Shown: one piece after another, positions 25,252 to 38,647 of the stretch
Layout of the letters: each line of letters opens with the position of its first letter
How positions within the stretch are numbered: the first letter of the stretch is position 1
Source of the DNA: Cenococcum geophilum
Taxonomy: Eukaryota
DNA length: 64,000 bases
Direction of reading: 5' to 3'
Assembly (NCBI GenBank): GCA_050273025.1
Contig: CP158635.1
Coordinates: forward strand, 12,524,001 to 12,588,000
Position numbers and translations under genes: made by a program
Notes under the pieces: model-generated
The model's database searches: none
Told to the model about the DNA's origin: nothing
The model's input: the letters and a program-made list of their open reading frames with translations, nothing else

Positions 25252-26033
25252 AAGACTACAGCTCGAAGCGAAGCCCAGATTAAGCAAAGTGGGACGCCAG
25301 TATGTTACAAAGAGTTGGTGCTGTGCTCCCTCCAAGATGGTATTTGACATCTAATAGACTAGAAGGTTCGTTGGGCTGGCAGGCTCGGCAGTTCGTGCAG
25401 TGGAGGTTTGGGGTTTCCAAGTATGATTTGCAGCATCACGAGGCGTTTCCGATGGATTCCTGGGGCGGATTAAGGTATGTTTCCAAGATGGCCAATGTAA
25501 TACCCGGCTGAAGCTAGGAAATAAGGATTGTCCTGATCACAACATGAATTTCTCCTCCTTGCCAGGGAAAATTTGGTTAGCGGGTTAGCCTTGACATGCG
25601 TGACATGCGAAGTTTACCCTAGCGATCTCTCAGCATGGCCGGCACGCTCCCGTCACTCAAGCCCGGCACTTCAAGACCATCAACTGAACCCTGCACTCCG
25701 CTGATCGTGACCGCACCCCGCAAAAGCTATGCCTTGTGGAGAAGACTTTCCGCTTCCTGCGTCTTCCATGAGCCTTTCGAGCACACAGAGCTTGACAACC
25801 AAACGTTGAGGTACAGTGCTATAAGACATTCGTCTGTGCACACACGAATTCTCACTAAAATCGACACGACTTTGAACACATGCATAATGCCGTAGCAATC
25901 AAATGCAGCTAGTATGCAGGTAATTTAATTGCAGTTAATATTTTGTCTGCCAGCCATATGCTTTTCTTATTGCCTTTAGCCTTTTGCCTATACTTTCGAT
26001 TAAGCGCCGCATAAGGCTTTAATCGAAAGCTAG

Positions 26034-26237
26034 TGTCGATCGGAATATCGAAGAATGAGGACTCTGTCTATTGAATGTGGCTAGGGCCTTTATATATATA
26101 CATGAGGAAGGTGTAGGCAATAAGGAGGGGGATAGCAGCAGAAACAGGGGGTAGGTGGTCGAGTCAAGGGGTAGATGACTGAGTCAAAGGGTAGGTAACC
26201 GAGTCAGGGTGGTAGGACGACCTGATTCAGGTCGACA
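26034..26237. mobile_element. Solo LTR (separate family, 204 bp)
   Basis: tgtcga...tcgaca terminal inverted repeat, TSD GCTAG/GCTAG, an internal TATA run and ~21-bp sub-repeats (ggtaggt..cgagtca). Confidence 0.85.
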
Positions 26238-26492
26238 GCTAGCCACGCGTCCTTACACTTAATTAACCGCTCTAAACCTTCTTACTTTATCCTATCTATT
26301 TAAGCTCTAGATAAAGCTTAAGAATCTTCCTTTTTAGTGCCACCTAAAGGTCCTTAATTAGATTAAGGTCAGGTAAGTATAGAGGGAATTTAGAGTCCAA
26401 ACGTATAAGGGATATTTTATCCCTTACTGGGCATCGCCCGAGTGCTACTTAGGGGCAGCCTAGCCGAAGGCTAGGCTTGGCACTTCCTTATA

Positions 26493-26740
26493 CAAAGGCG
26501 CACTTTTTTGAAATCCGAACATCAAAATCTCTAGGTTCTAAAAATGGCGTACCGTAGCACTACTAAGTCCGAATACTTTAAATCAAGCTTTATGCGACAG
26601 AGAAGAAGTCAAAGTATCTTTTGGTACAGTTTCGCGATTCTAAAGTTTTAGGGAGTTTTGTTATAATTTTTTAAACAGAAGGAAACAATTTCAAAACTCT
26701 CGCTTAGCGGGTGGACGGTTTTCAAAAAAGTGCGCCTTCG
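26493..26740. mobile_element. Tc1/mariner-type MITE
   Basis: TIR caaaggcgcacttttttgaaa / tttcaaaaaagtgcgccttcg with TA flanks. Confidence 0.85.
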
Positions 26741-26749
26741 TAAGCACCT

Positions 26750-26986
26750 TGTTAGCGACTCAGTCAATCGAGACATAAGCACGGCAAAAGGGTCGCGCAA
26801 GCCTGTACGATTGGATTGTCTATAAACGAGAATCTAAAGCTAGGGAAAGGAAAGGAGAAGAAGAGCAGCGCCGTTCGATGTTTTATAAGATCTTCGCGTC
26901 ACGTGATCGCAATATGCGGCAATCTGTGGCAACTTGCCGGTGCGTAGTTCTGCCAAGTTCTGCCAAGTTCTGCCAGTGCCGTAACA
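26750..26986 (-). mobile_element. Solo LTR, family C (inverted)
   Basis: tgttagcgac...gccgtaaca with TSD CACCT/CACCT. It is the reverse-complement homolog of 11580-11780. Confidence 0.92.
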
Positions 26987-27349
26987 CACCTCAGGCTTGC
27001 AGCCTCTTCCTCTCTTTATCGGTTCGTCTCTGTACGAGGCTATTGCCCATACTCTTTGCTATATCATCCTCCTATATCGACTCTCCTATAACTCTTGCTC
27101 GGCCTGCCTACCCTCGACCGTTTACCTAGCATTATGCCGTATAAAACTCCGTATGTTTCTAACTGCTCCTTTACGAGATTTGACGTATAGATTAGAGCGT
27201 TACCTATTTAGTAGATATTTAGAGACTTATAGATCGGTATAAGGCCTTCTTCTAAGGCCTGGACGTAACTTTGGCTGCTGTAGCCGTTTTTCTACATTAA
27301 GGGGTCACTTTCTATCGTAATTAGTCCCGAACGACTATTATATTAAAAA

Positions 27350-30300
27350 GTGGTAACATGCGGAACGTTGGTCCCCCAACGCAAATTTTGACCCGAGTTT
27401 ATAACCCAAAGCTTTAACTTAGAGCTTTATTATATAGACTTTAATTAATATATATAGAGATGAGGTTTTCCAGGGGGAGACCCCCTGGGACCCCCCTATA
27501 TAGAGCTTTTGCTTAATTTAGAAGTAGTAGTAAGATTAAGGCGCCTTGGTTACCGCTAGGTAAGGATCTATTACAGTAACTAAGGTACCCTACTTAAGCT
27601 AGGTTTAAAGATTATATTGGTTACGAATATAGCATATATTTGGACTATAGAGCTTTAATACAGAGCCCTCTATATAGGATATAATATAGTAAATTGTAAT
27701 TCTAATTTAAAGCTTTATATACTAAATATTTTTAATGCCTAATAACTATTAACTACGTTATTGCCTACCCAGTTCGGACGTATAATAACGCAATAGCTCG
27801 GCGATAACGTAATAGCTTAGCGCTGAGTAATAGAAAGGGGGAGGAGGGGGAGGAGATTAGGGGTGGCTTAGCTACTGCAAGAAGGTTGTAATATTAGTAT
27901 AGTATTAAACTTTAAAAATTATATCCCGGGAGCTTAATTAATAACCCCTATATAAAACGTTAACAATATTTAATTATAGAGCTTTAAACCGGTAGATCTT
28001 TTAGGAATACCTATTATAAGTAGCTCCAAGTATAAAATTTAAAATATTTAGTAGTGGTATAAGTATAGGACGGGGGTACGTATTTACGTTCCCAAATATC
28101 GTTATATAATATAATTTTTGGGTAATAAAAACCGCCATTAATGTTGCTTAACTAATACCTACTAGAGGTTCCTCCGTCCTTTTTATCTTCTTTCTTACCT
28201 ATCTCCTTATCTAATACTATCTATATCACTATATTAACTAATAAATCCCTTAGTAGAGACTAGGGAGGAGTATTAGAGCGCCTCTAGCTCTTATAAGGAA
28301 GAAAAAAGAAGAAGAGAGGAAGGTATAAAAGAGGGAGTATTTATAAATAGGAGGAGGCCTGCAAACGGGAGATTAGGCAGCTATAATATAGATATTAATA
28401 TTGCTTAACTAACACCTACTAGACGCCCCTCCGTCCTTTCTATCTCCTCTTTTACCTATCTCCTTATTAGATGCTGTCTATATCACCACGTTAACCAATA
28501 GATCCCTTAGTGGGGACTAGAGAGGGATATTAGAGCACCTCTTATAAGGAAGAAGAAAGAAGAAGAGAGGAAGATATAGAGGAGGGAGTATTTATAGACG
28601 GGAGGAGGCCTGCGAACTAGAGATTAGGCAGCTATAATATAGATATTAACGTTGCTCAGCTAACACCTACTAGACGCCCCTCTGTCCTTTCTATCTCCTC
28701 TCTTACCCGTCTCCTTGTTAGATACTGTTTATATCACCACGTTAACTAATAGATCCCTTAGTGGGGACTAAAGAGGAGTATTAGAGCACCTCTAGCTCTT
28801 ATAAGGAAGAAGAAAAAAAGAGAGAAAGGTATAGAGGAGGAAGTATTTATAAATGGGAGGAGGCCTATAAACGGGAGATTAGGCAGCTATAATATAGACG
28901 TTAATATTACTTAGCTAATACCTACCGGACGCCCCTCCGTCCTTCCTATCTCCTCTCTTACCTATCTCCTCGTTAGATGCTGTCTATATCACTACGTTAA
29001 CCAATAAATCTCTTAGTGGGGACTAGGGAGGAGTATTGGAGCACCTCTAGCTCTTATAAGGAAGAAGAAAAGAGGAAAGAAAGGTATAGAGAAGGGAGTA
29101 TTTATAGACGGGAGGAGGCCCTATAAGTACGTAATTTGGTAAGTACTAATAAGCATAAGATTCTCGTATAAGATGGGCTTAATTACTTACTAAAATACGG
29201 GGTGTCTCTATCACTATAGTGGCTACTATAGTAGTAGAGACGCCTTAAATATTTAATATAACTAACTACTAAGGCTATTAATAAGTAAAAGGTAGGCTAC
29301 TAATATAGTGTAAATGATGTAGTTATTAATATCGTTTATAGCCTGTTTTTGCTTCTAGTATACGCGTAGATTATCCTTATATTTAGCGTAGAGCTAGTTA
29401 TAGGTAGTAAGCTAATTTGGGTCTAGCTTTACTATTAATATAGCTATAGGTAGTATGTCCCTTAGTATAGGCCGACTTAGTAGTTCTAGCTTTAGAAGAT
29501 CGTCTTTCTTCTTAGATGGGTTAATATACTGCCATACCTCGTTAGTTTTGGCTATGTCTTAGATAATAAGAACCATTAAATCTAATTAGATGGCTTATTA
29601 AGGATAAGGTTAATTTTTAATTTAGTAAAGGTTATTATTTTTAGAATTTAATAGGTTAGGAAGGGTCTAGGTTAGGGTCTAGCTAGCGTCTTAGCAGAAC
29701 CTTATTTAGACGTTCCGAACTTTTAATTTAATTCATTAGTTCGTTTATTAGTTAGATTTTATTATAGGGAGCGCAATTAATAACCCCTACTAATAGCTCT
29801 AACTACGTCTAATTTTTAATTTATAAATCGGTAGACTTATAGGTAATAGTTATTTTAAGCAGCTCCAGGTGCGGTATATATAAAATCTTAACTATAGTAT
29901 AGAGAAGTCGTGGCTGCTAATATACGGTCCCAAGTAGCATATATTCTTAGAGGTCACGTAACTCCTTATATAAGCGACATTTCCGCCCTTTAAAAAAAAA
30001 TTGAAAAATTCTAAAAATTAATTAACGCTATAGATAGCAGCAATATTGATCCAGTAATACTGCTAATTCTCTTTATATACCATTATATGTATATCTAATA
30101 GCTCTAGAAGCGGTAAGAAGGTAGGATAAATAGGGGGGTTAAAATTTAGAAAATTAGATTTTATAGTTAAGCTATTTAAAAATTAGGAAACTAAGATAAA
30201 TACTATATTCTCCGCTTACCTTTAAGCTAGTACATAATTTCCTATTTAGGAAAATTCGTTTATAAGTAGTTGCTACTACCTCTATATAAAATCTTCTTAT

Positions 30301-33300
30301 TATACCTCTTTAGTCTTACTTATAGATAACTAAAATTATTTTATATTAAACCTATATTTAAATATAAGCCCTAAAAGCTTCTTAACTTATAAGATTGCTA
30401 TATAGGTTAGCCTAGCTGTCTTATTCTTTTCCTTAATATCTAGAACCACCCGGTTAAGTATTAGGCCCTAGCTTTTATATATAGTAAGAGCAAAAGCTAG
30501 AGTAATTGGAAATTAACGCCGTAAGTAAGAGCCTCTTATACCCTCTTACTTATAAAGCACGGAAAATATAGGGATAACTTTCTTACTATCCTGCTAAGTG
30601 AATAGGGTAGGTCCGTTATACCTATCTACTATAATTAGTAGTGACTAAGGCTGATCCTTTTTAATATCCACGTGTCCCTTTTATACGATATCTTTAATTA
30701 TACTAGTAGTACCGTTTACTAAGCCTAGTTTAACCTAGATATTTTATATTAGTATTACTTTCGCGCTAATATATAGGGCTAGATTCTCTATAGTATCGCA
30801 CTAATTAGGAGTAACTTTCTGCGTACCTACACCAGTGTTAACTGACTTAATAGCTACTACTAGCTGTAAAAGGTCGCGAAGCTAAATAGTGTTATATTTA
30901 CCTATAGTAGCGCGTATACTATATAGCCGAATTATATTATTAAAGCCCGCAATCTTATTAATGGATAGGTCCTACTTATACTTAGTTAAAAGAAGCTTCT
31001 AGGTCGAATTACTTATAGAATTACTACGTAGCTCTATAAGGGCGGTCCTAAATGCAAAGCTCTTAGCGTTATTACCGCCCTGCCATATAACTTAATCTAG
31101 AATAGCTATTTAGTTAATTACCTTATAGGCTCCATTTCTATAGCTAGCGAGCTCTAACTGCCTAGCGGGTAAATTGCTATATAACGCCGCCTAACCTATA
31201 GGGGGAAGCTGATAAAAATCGCCTACTAGCAAGATATTTAAGCCTCTAAAGTAGTTATTATTACGCGCAGGGTAGATCTAACGGAGGCGGTAATTAATCT
31301 AGGCCAGATATACTTACCCGATTATAGATTTCTTATTAAGGATAAGATAGTAAATATCCTTAAAAGCTTATTATAGAGGCGTAAGACTAGTAGCAGGCAA
31401 TTTATTAAATAGATGGTTTACTAGTAACCTTAATAGATTGTATATAGTTCTGCCGTTAATATTAAAGGTAGCTACCCTAGTAGGGGCCGCTCGAGCTAAT
31501 GGCGATGGCTTACTATTAGCCCTTACTATATTATAGAGCGTGGTAGAGAGAATAGTAATAAGATATAATTTACCGGTTCCTGCCTCTCTATTAATATTAA
31601 TCCGCAGTAGGGGGGGGGGCTAAGGCCTATTTAGATCTGCCTATAGTAATTAACTATAACATTATAGATATAACGCTAACCTAGTTATAAGGAGGATGAA
31701 GTTACTATTTAGGATAGGCGGCTCTACGGTAGAGGCTATAGCCATACTTCCTACTAATAAGTCCTCTTATTAAGCTGCGGGTACGTACCCTAATATATAC
31801 TCTAGTTGTAGTTATAATTAAGCTCCCTATTACTAAGCCTATTAGGATCCTTAATTTTAACTCTATTAGTATTTTAAACGCGGGTATATAGGGCCTTAAA
31901 GGACTAGTATAGCTCTAAGTCGTCTACGAAATCGTCCTTAAACTCATTAATATTATTAGTAGTTTTACAACCTTCCTCTAGTTTCTAATTATAGAAGTAG
32001 TTAGGTAGGTACTAATAAGAGTTAATATAAGCCTAATAGGAAGCTATATAATTAGGGGCCCCGAATCTATTAGTATAAGTAGCCACTTCCTTATACTCCC
32101 TCTATGGGTAATAAAGAATAAGCTTTATATAATAGAACTTAGGATACTATAAATAGAAACAATTACTATTATATTATAAAAAGTACGATATAACTTAAGG
32201 CCTTACTCTTAGCCGACGCTTATAAGTAGAGTAATTAAAATAGAGTAGAAAATCGAGGAAAGTAACGTCCTCTACCCTATTTAGGCGGCGCTTATATTTC
32301 TTATAGTTAGATAGTCCGCACTCTCTTAGTTGCCCATTATTAAGCTTATACGTAGCGCTTTAATTGTCCTCCTAGTAGTAGTTTAAAGTTACTATATTCC
32401 TAAAGCCTTCGCAAAGGGGAATATTAAGAAGTAGATAGTATACCTCCTATACTAACTAATTGCATTTAGTAATAAGCTTATTTATAAACCTAGCCACGAC
32501 CGAACTAAAGGCATAAAGGCTATTGGCGTGCGGCTATACTAATTAGAGTAACTCCTAGTAGGAAGTTAACTTCTTCTCTTCCTTACTGCAATATTTGCCT
32601 ATATAGTTAACTATTATTAATATACTTATAGCGGGTAATATATTAATATTCGCCATCTACGCTAATATTATAGCTATATTGTAACTATTAAGAAGCTTAT
32701 TATTACGCTATGGACAGAACGTCTAGTGATATAGATTTTAATCCTTTAATATAGCGGCCTTATTGCGGAGAGAGCGTGGAAAATAGAAGCGGCACTTCTT
32801 TGCTCTAGTGGAGCCTTTCTTTAATCTTAAGCAGTAAGATTTAGTGCAATTATAGTGCCGTTGAAATTAATTAAGGTAGGTAGTAAGAAGCTTACTAGTA
32901 TTAAGCTGTTCTTTATAGCTAAGAGTAGAAGGATATTAGAGATTAGGAGGCCTAGATTAATTAGGATTAACTATAAATATAAAAGTAGTCTAGTACTTAG
33001 TAAAAGCCGCCCTTAATTTACTAGCTAACGGATCTAGCTTTAGGGCTATTAAACTCCATAAAAAGCTATATATATAGCCGCTACCTTATACCTACCACTT
33101 ATACTAGGACTAAAAGTCTATACCATTAAATAGGCCTATAAGTATATACTTCCTAAATAGATTAAAGCGGCGATATAGCTAGTAAGCAGCAATATACGGA
33201 TTATTGTTAAGATTTTAAGAAGCAATCCGGTAGCGCTAAGCCTTATTAGTAGCCTTATATTTGTTAAATAGAGGTATATAAGAGTGTAAATCATACCAAT

Positions 33301-35461
33301 ATAGATTAGTAGCGCTAAGTGTAAAAAATAGAGACCCGCTCTTAATATTCTCAGCATAAGCTATAAGCTTATTTCTCTTCTACCTCTAGTAAGGTCTAGT
33401 GCCCTTAAGGTTTCATATATACCATACAATCTTATTTAGTAACTAGCTACCCCTATTACTATTTATAAGATTACTAAGCTTATCTAAAGATAGACTATTT
33501 TTATTTAATCGGCCGTAAAGGAAGTGGGTAGCGCTAAGGGCTTGCTCTCTTATAATCCGATTAAACACGTAGTAGCGAAATAAGGGGTAGCGGCTAAACC
33601 GACCGTCCTAATACTTAAGTATATACTTAGCGTACGCAGCTAGGGTAACTATATAGCTTTATAGTATATTAAAATCGGCTTTACTATAAGGAAATAGAGT
33701 AGGAAAGGCGCTATATATAATAAAACTAGCTGATTGCTTAGAGAGAGGTGTCTATTGCATAGTAGGAACCTCTAGGCCTACTTATAGGTCTTATTAGTAT
33801 TAAACCTCGCAACCTAAAAGCTCTAATTTATTAAGGTTAGGTACTAGATTAGGAACTAAAGTATCTAATATATTATTATTAAATTCGCTATCTAGTATAT
33901 TACTGCCAAGCTTAGTAGGTAGAGGATTAATAGCATAAGGATGTTATATAGGAGTAGTAAGGTAAGCTATTAGGCCACTAGAATTAGACTTTAACTTATT
34001 AATATAAGGTAGCTAGTCTAATATAGAGCTATTTTTAGGTAAGCTTATAAGCTGGGTGCTATATATTTTAACGTTATAATAATTAGGATAATTAACCTTT
34101 AGAAAGTAAAGCCACTATACTATAGTAGAGCGCCTTATAGTATACCGCTTGGTAAACCGCCAACTTAGGTATTTATTACCCTCTACTGCTGTAGGCCTCA
34201 CAACTAGTATATCAAGTTTAGTAGGTAGCCGTAGTAGCTACCTCTAAGTCTTTAGTATGTTTTGGCCAAAGCAGCAGACATAGCTAGTATAGCGATATTA
34301 CTGGCCGCGTACACGTATGACTTGTAGATAAACGTATACGCGCGTAATTAGAAGCTCCTCTACTACGGTAAGTATAGGTAGGAAGCTAGGAACAGGCCCC
34401 AGATTAAGCCCGTTGCTTTCACTAAATAAGGGTAAAAGGGTTGGATTTTTAAGACTATTAGCGTCCTTAATACAGGCTTTATATACACCTATATTATCAC
34501 CCTCTATAGCTAGGCCTATTTAGAACTACCGCTTCTTATAACGACTATATGTCTCTATACATTTAGCCTATAGTATACTCCTAAACTTCTTAATTCGCTT
34601 TTAATTGATAGCCGAAACGGGTAGTAGTGTGGCCGTAGTTAGAGCTTGCCGCAAGAAAGGTAGTATTAGCGGTAGGGTAGGTATTGGCGGAAGGGTAGGT
34701 ATTGGCGGAAGGGTAGGTATTGGCGGAAGGGTAGGTATTAGCGGTAGAGTAGGTATAGGAGCTAGTTCCGGCAAGGACGTATTTAGGCTATTTAGAGTGC
34801 CTTTGCTGTATGGAGCTTTATCTATAGTATATAGCGGAGGGGTAGGCGAGTGAGCTTTACCCCGCTGATTAAGAATGCGGTACTTCTATTATATTGCCCT
34901 AATTGTCTTCCGCTGTTAAGCTATCTTAGGGGTATCTTAGCTATTCTGGCCGCGAGGTAGGAAGGCGTTCTTAGTATCGTTTTTAGGTAGAGCAGTTCGC
35001 TAGCGCTTTATAGGACAAGTCTTAGTAGTAGAACCTAACTCTATAAGAGCTCTCCGCTTATTTAAATTATATTTGGAGATTTAGAAAAGTAAGTAGAGGT
35101 AGAAGTAATATATAGGGAAGACGCGCCTTTAACCGAAATAACTGGTATAGCTTTAAAAGCTTCTTTAAAGGGCTGTCTTTAATAAAGCTAAGGCGGGGCT
35201 TGTGAATATGGTACTTGCTGTACTGAATTATAGTAGGATCTGCTATATTTATAATGTATATAGTAGTATTAATAGAGGTGTTAATAAAAAGGAAGGCGCA
35301 ATACTAGGATATTTTGATGTTTATAATATTTTGATGTTCGTTATGTGGATTCTGCCACAACTTACCGCGCGTGCTTTTTCATCTAACCAATCAGAAGCCG
35401 GCTTGGCGAGAGTTTGAATTCCAGGACCCGAATATAATAGACCACTCGTACCTCGGGTCAA
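27350..35461 (-). mobile_element. Helitron-superfamily element with Helentron/Helitron2-type ends; Rep-helicase ORF ~30500-35050, RIP-degraded
   Basis: PIF1 motifs LRININREAGTGK (~31570-31607) and RAAPT.V. Rep motifs GLYFLHLA/LFFTLSA.D region and *YKW*V*GSG.(H) at ~33070-33107. Asymmetric IR ttgacccgag (27388-27397) / ctcgggtcaa (35452-35461). 3' hairpin at 27366-27381. Confidence 0.82.
28139..29120. repeat. Four tandem ~250-260 bp units inside the Helitron-like element
   Basis: Units start at ~28139, 28398, 28648 and 28903 (aYRttgcttaRctaaYacctac...gggaggaggcc). Confidence 0.92.
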
Positions 35462-36355
35462 TAAATATCTACTTAAGGTTCTTTCCGTTAGATACTTCTT
35501 TAATATATTTATAGTCCTACTTTTATAAAGATATTTGGAAGACCTAAATAGGCTCCTTTTTAGGACTACGTTTATAGAAATATTTATTAAAAAACTTAAC
35601 TTATTTCTAAAAGAGGTTTTTATACTTCCGGGCCTAGTGAAGCCTTAATTAAGCTACTAATAGCGTTAACTTTAGTCTTTCCTTAGCGCGCTAGTTTGTA
35701 ATATAGTGCTTTTTAAGGAGATAGTATAAAGTTTTATACTTAATAGTAATCTTTATAACTTAGCACTTAGGAGCTATATAGTTGGTTTAAGGGTTCTTAC
35801 GTATAACTCAAATAAGTAGACGCTTATAGTATTAAGTAAGCTTTTCGGGCTGTTTAGGCCTTAGTAGAGACTTAAGCGTATAGTGGTTATTCCGTCGATT
35901 AATTATGCTACTAATATAGTATCTAGCGGAGATTTTAGTCTTCTTCTCTTATACTTCTACCATATCAAGAATTCTAGCTCTTTGTATATCTAAAAGCTCT
36001 GCTCTAGACCTTTAATTTCTACTAATTCCCGTGCCAAACAAGCGTTACATTGTAATGTAGTAAATAATTAAATTTGGCGACAATATTGCGACCGTGTGGT
36101 GTTGGCTCGCATGTGCATAGAGTAATGTCTTGGCATCGTAACCCTAGTCTCTGCAGAGTCGAATCCCTAGAGTCATTTCTTACTGCTTAGTGCCGCCCTC
36201 ATGGTGCTGTTTCCTTCATGTTGTTTCTTCCGCGTTCAAAAAAGTATGAATAAATACCGCTATAAACCCTGCCGCAAATCATGGTTGCGCTTCACGCAGC
36301 CGTTCTTCAGATCCTCCCAATCTCTCCATTTGGAATTATACCAGTCAGTTTTTCT

Positions 36356-38205
36356 ATGTTGCCCCTCAATTGGAAAGCAGCTGCCCTGGCCTGGGCCTGC
36401 GGCGTCGTAGCTGTTCCCACGGCAGAGTGGGGTAGCAAGGCGCCAACGGCTACCGTGAAAAATGGTACCTATACTGGTGTTTATTCCGCGGAATATGACC
36501 AGGACTTCTTTCTTGGTGTCCCCTTTGCACAGCCGCCCGTTGGGAACCTTCGCTTCCGAGCACCTCAGCCTCTAACTTCTTCCTGGGAGGGTACAAAACC
36601 AGTAACCTCCTACTCTGCTGCCTGTATCGGTTATGGCAGCGATGATTGGCCCTACCCGAAGCTCTCTGAGGACTGCCTCTACCTCAATGTGATCAGGCCA
36701 TCTGGGTATGAAAACCAGGAGCTTCCTGTGGCATTTTGGATCCATGGAGGTGGGCTCACTGAGGGTTCCAGCATTGACCAGAGATATAACCTCTCGTTCA
36801 TCGTGGAGAGGTCTGTGAAAATTGGGAAACCAATTATAGGTGTGAGTACAAATTATCGATTGAGCATGTGGGGCTTCATCACGGGCGAAGAGGTGATTGA
36901 GGCAGGGAATGCGAATATCGGTTTTAGAGATCAAAGGTTGGCGCTGCATTGGGTGCAGGAGAACATTAGAGCCTTTGGAGGTGAGTTGCGATTCCTGTAT
37001 TTCCAGCGCGCTTCCCATCTTGCCTGGTTCACAAGCACTCGTTCTTATGTTTAGCTCGTTTGAACGTATAATGCTAAACATCTCACTACTATAGGAGACC
37101 CAAGCACGGTCACCATCTGGGGCGAATCTGCTGGTGCCGTTTCTGTTGGTATGCATCTTATGGCTTATGGCGGCCGCGACGATCATATCTTCCGCGGTGG
37201 AATCATGGAGTCCGGCAACCCAGTCTTCTACGGCTCGTTCGGTCATTGGGACAAAACGGCCTTCACAAACGCCACCAACACACTAGGATGCGGCTCCGCC
37301 TCAGATAAACTACAGTGCTTGAGGGAGCTTCCCTTTGATACACTCAACGCATGGATCAACGGTACAGGATCTTCAATAGGCTGGCAACCAATAGTCGATG
37401 GGGACTTCATACAGGGGTATACAAGCATGCAGCTCGCCAAGGGCAAATTCGTCCATGTTCCAGTAATATCAGGTGCAAACTCCGATGAAGGAAGCGCGTT
37501 CGGCCCCATAGGCATCAACAGCACACAAGACTTTATAAACTACCTTGAAAGTAAGCTCCAATTCTTCTTCCAGCTCTCCCATTGCCCAGATCTCACGGCT
37601 CACTAGACGACCCCTCCCCGGTGACCCTGCCTGCTGCCTCCGTGACGCCCGTCCTTTCTGCCTACCCCGCCACAATCACCTACGGTGCCGTGCCCACGGG
37701 CCTGCCACCGTCTTACATCCCTTCAGAACCCTTCGGTGCCTCGTGGCGCCGCTCTGCGGCCTACGGTGGCGATGTGGTCATGATCGCGCACCGCCGCCTG
37801 ACGTGCGAGACGTGGGCGGCCAACGGCGTCCCCGCTTTCTGCTACCGCTTCAACACAATCCCGAACGGCGTCTCCGCATTCATCGGCGCGACCCATTTCC
37901 AGGAAGTCGCGTTCGTGTTCAACAACAAGGAGGGCGTTGGGTATCCGCCGGTGTCGGTGGACCCGTTTGGGGGGGAGCCGCAGAGTTATTTCGATTTGAG
38001 TGATAAGATGAGTGCGGCGTGGGTGAGCTTTGTGCATGATGGGGTGCCGGCGGCATGGTGGCCGAAGTATGAGGCCGGAGGGAAGGGGGAGAATTATGTG
38101 TTTGATGCGAATGTTACCGGGTTGGGCTATCCGGAGCCGGATAAGTGGAGGGCCGCTGGGATTGCGCTGATTAATTCCTGGAATGCGGATGTTTATTTAA
38201 GGTAG
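36356..38205 (+). CDS. Secreted carboxylesterase type B / fungal lipase; exons 36356-36980, 37095-37550, 37607-38205; 559 aa
   Basis: Signal-like N-terminus; motifs FLGVPFAQPPVGNLRF, SEDCLYLNV, WIHGGG, catalytic WGESAG (~37118-37135), NSDEG and ATHFQEV. Two GT-AG introns give 1680 nt. An upstream in-frame ATG at 36281 is possible. Confidence 0.92.
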
Positions 38206-38647
38206 GTTGCTAATGACTAAGGGTTAAAGATTGAGGGTTGATGGATGATAATGAGAGCCGACTTGAATGTTGGTAATTCGTACGTACCTGGATGCGATAA
38301 TCAGGGGTCAGGGCTCTGTCATTTCTCCTACCCTCGAGCTTTTGTGTACGCGGTTTGTTTAATTTTGAATGTCATTTATGATTTTCTTAAGCCCTTTGAA
38401 TTAGCATCGAGGGAATGTCTTGGAAAATATGCGGAAAGGGCATAGGCCATTTCTTTATGGGTATCTTTGAAAATGTACAAATATTTACCATCTATGCGTT
38501 TTAGATCTCCAACAATCTAAAATCATGCTCATGCTTTTTACCCCCAATCTACTCAAAACGACTTGCCAGCCTTCCAAGGCTGTGGTTTTCACGCAAAGCC
38601 TAACAAATCAACCATCCACTGCTCAGAAACACCCTAGCACTCCTACA

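Larger units (their letters stand above)
26255..36030 (-). mobile_element. Tc1/mariner transposon remnant in three pieces (~35462-36030, ~27130-27349, ~26255-26390), split by later insertions
   Basis: The minus strand gives RIP-altered Tc1 motifs in order: PEKLT; RLH*ARKYK...VKF(SDECSVE); SRSGLITIESDP...KNGYSSQSYVQALEEGLIPIY...(D)NA.I.TS; and P.Y.PDLN.IKDL* (PPYSPDLNPIE). Confidence 0.78.

Noticed and set aside
25993..26033. Hairpin ctttcgattaa...ttaatcgaaag followed by CTAG as a canonical Helitron 3' end
   Set aside because: The spacing is atypical, the CTAG is part of the adjacent LTR TSD, and there is no matching 5' end.
28139..29120. Tandem arrays here and at 3476, 4060, 47650 and 49030 as CRISPR-like arrays
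   Set aside because: The units are contiguous with no unique spacers, there are no cas genes, and the context is eukaryotic TE DNA.
33136..35417. Short ORF calls in RIPed regions (also 41-244, 39808-40077, 59963-60229, 63456-63716)
   Set aside because: These are chance or low-complexity frames within degraded transposons.
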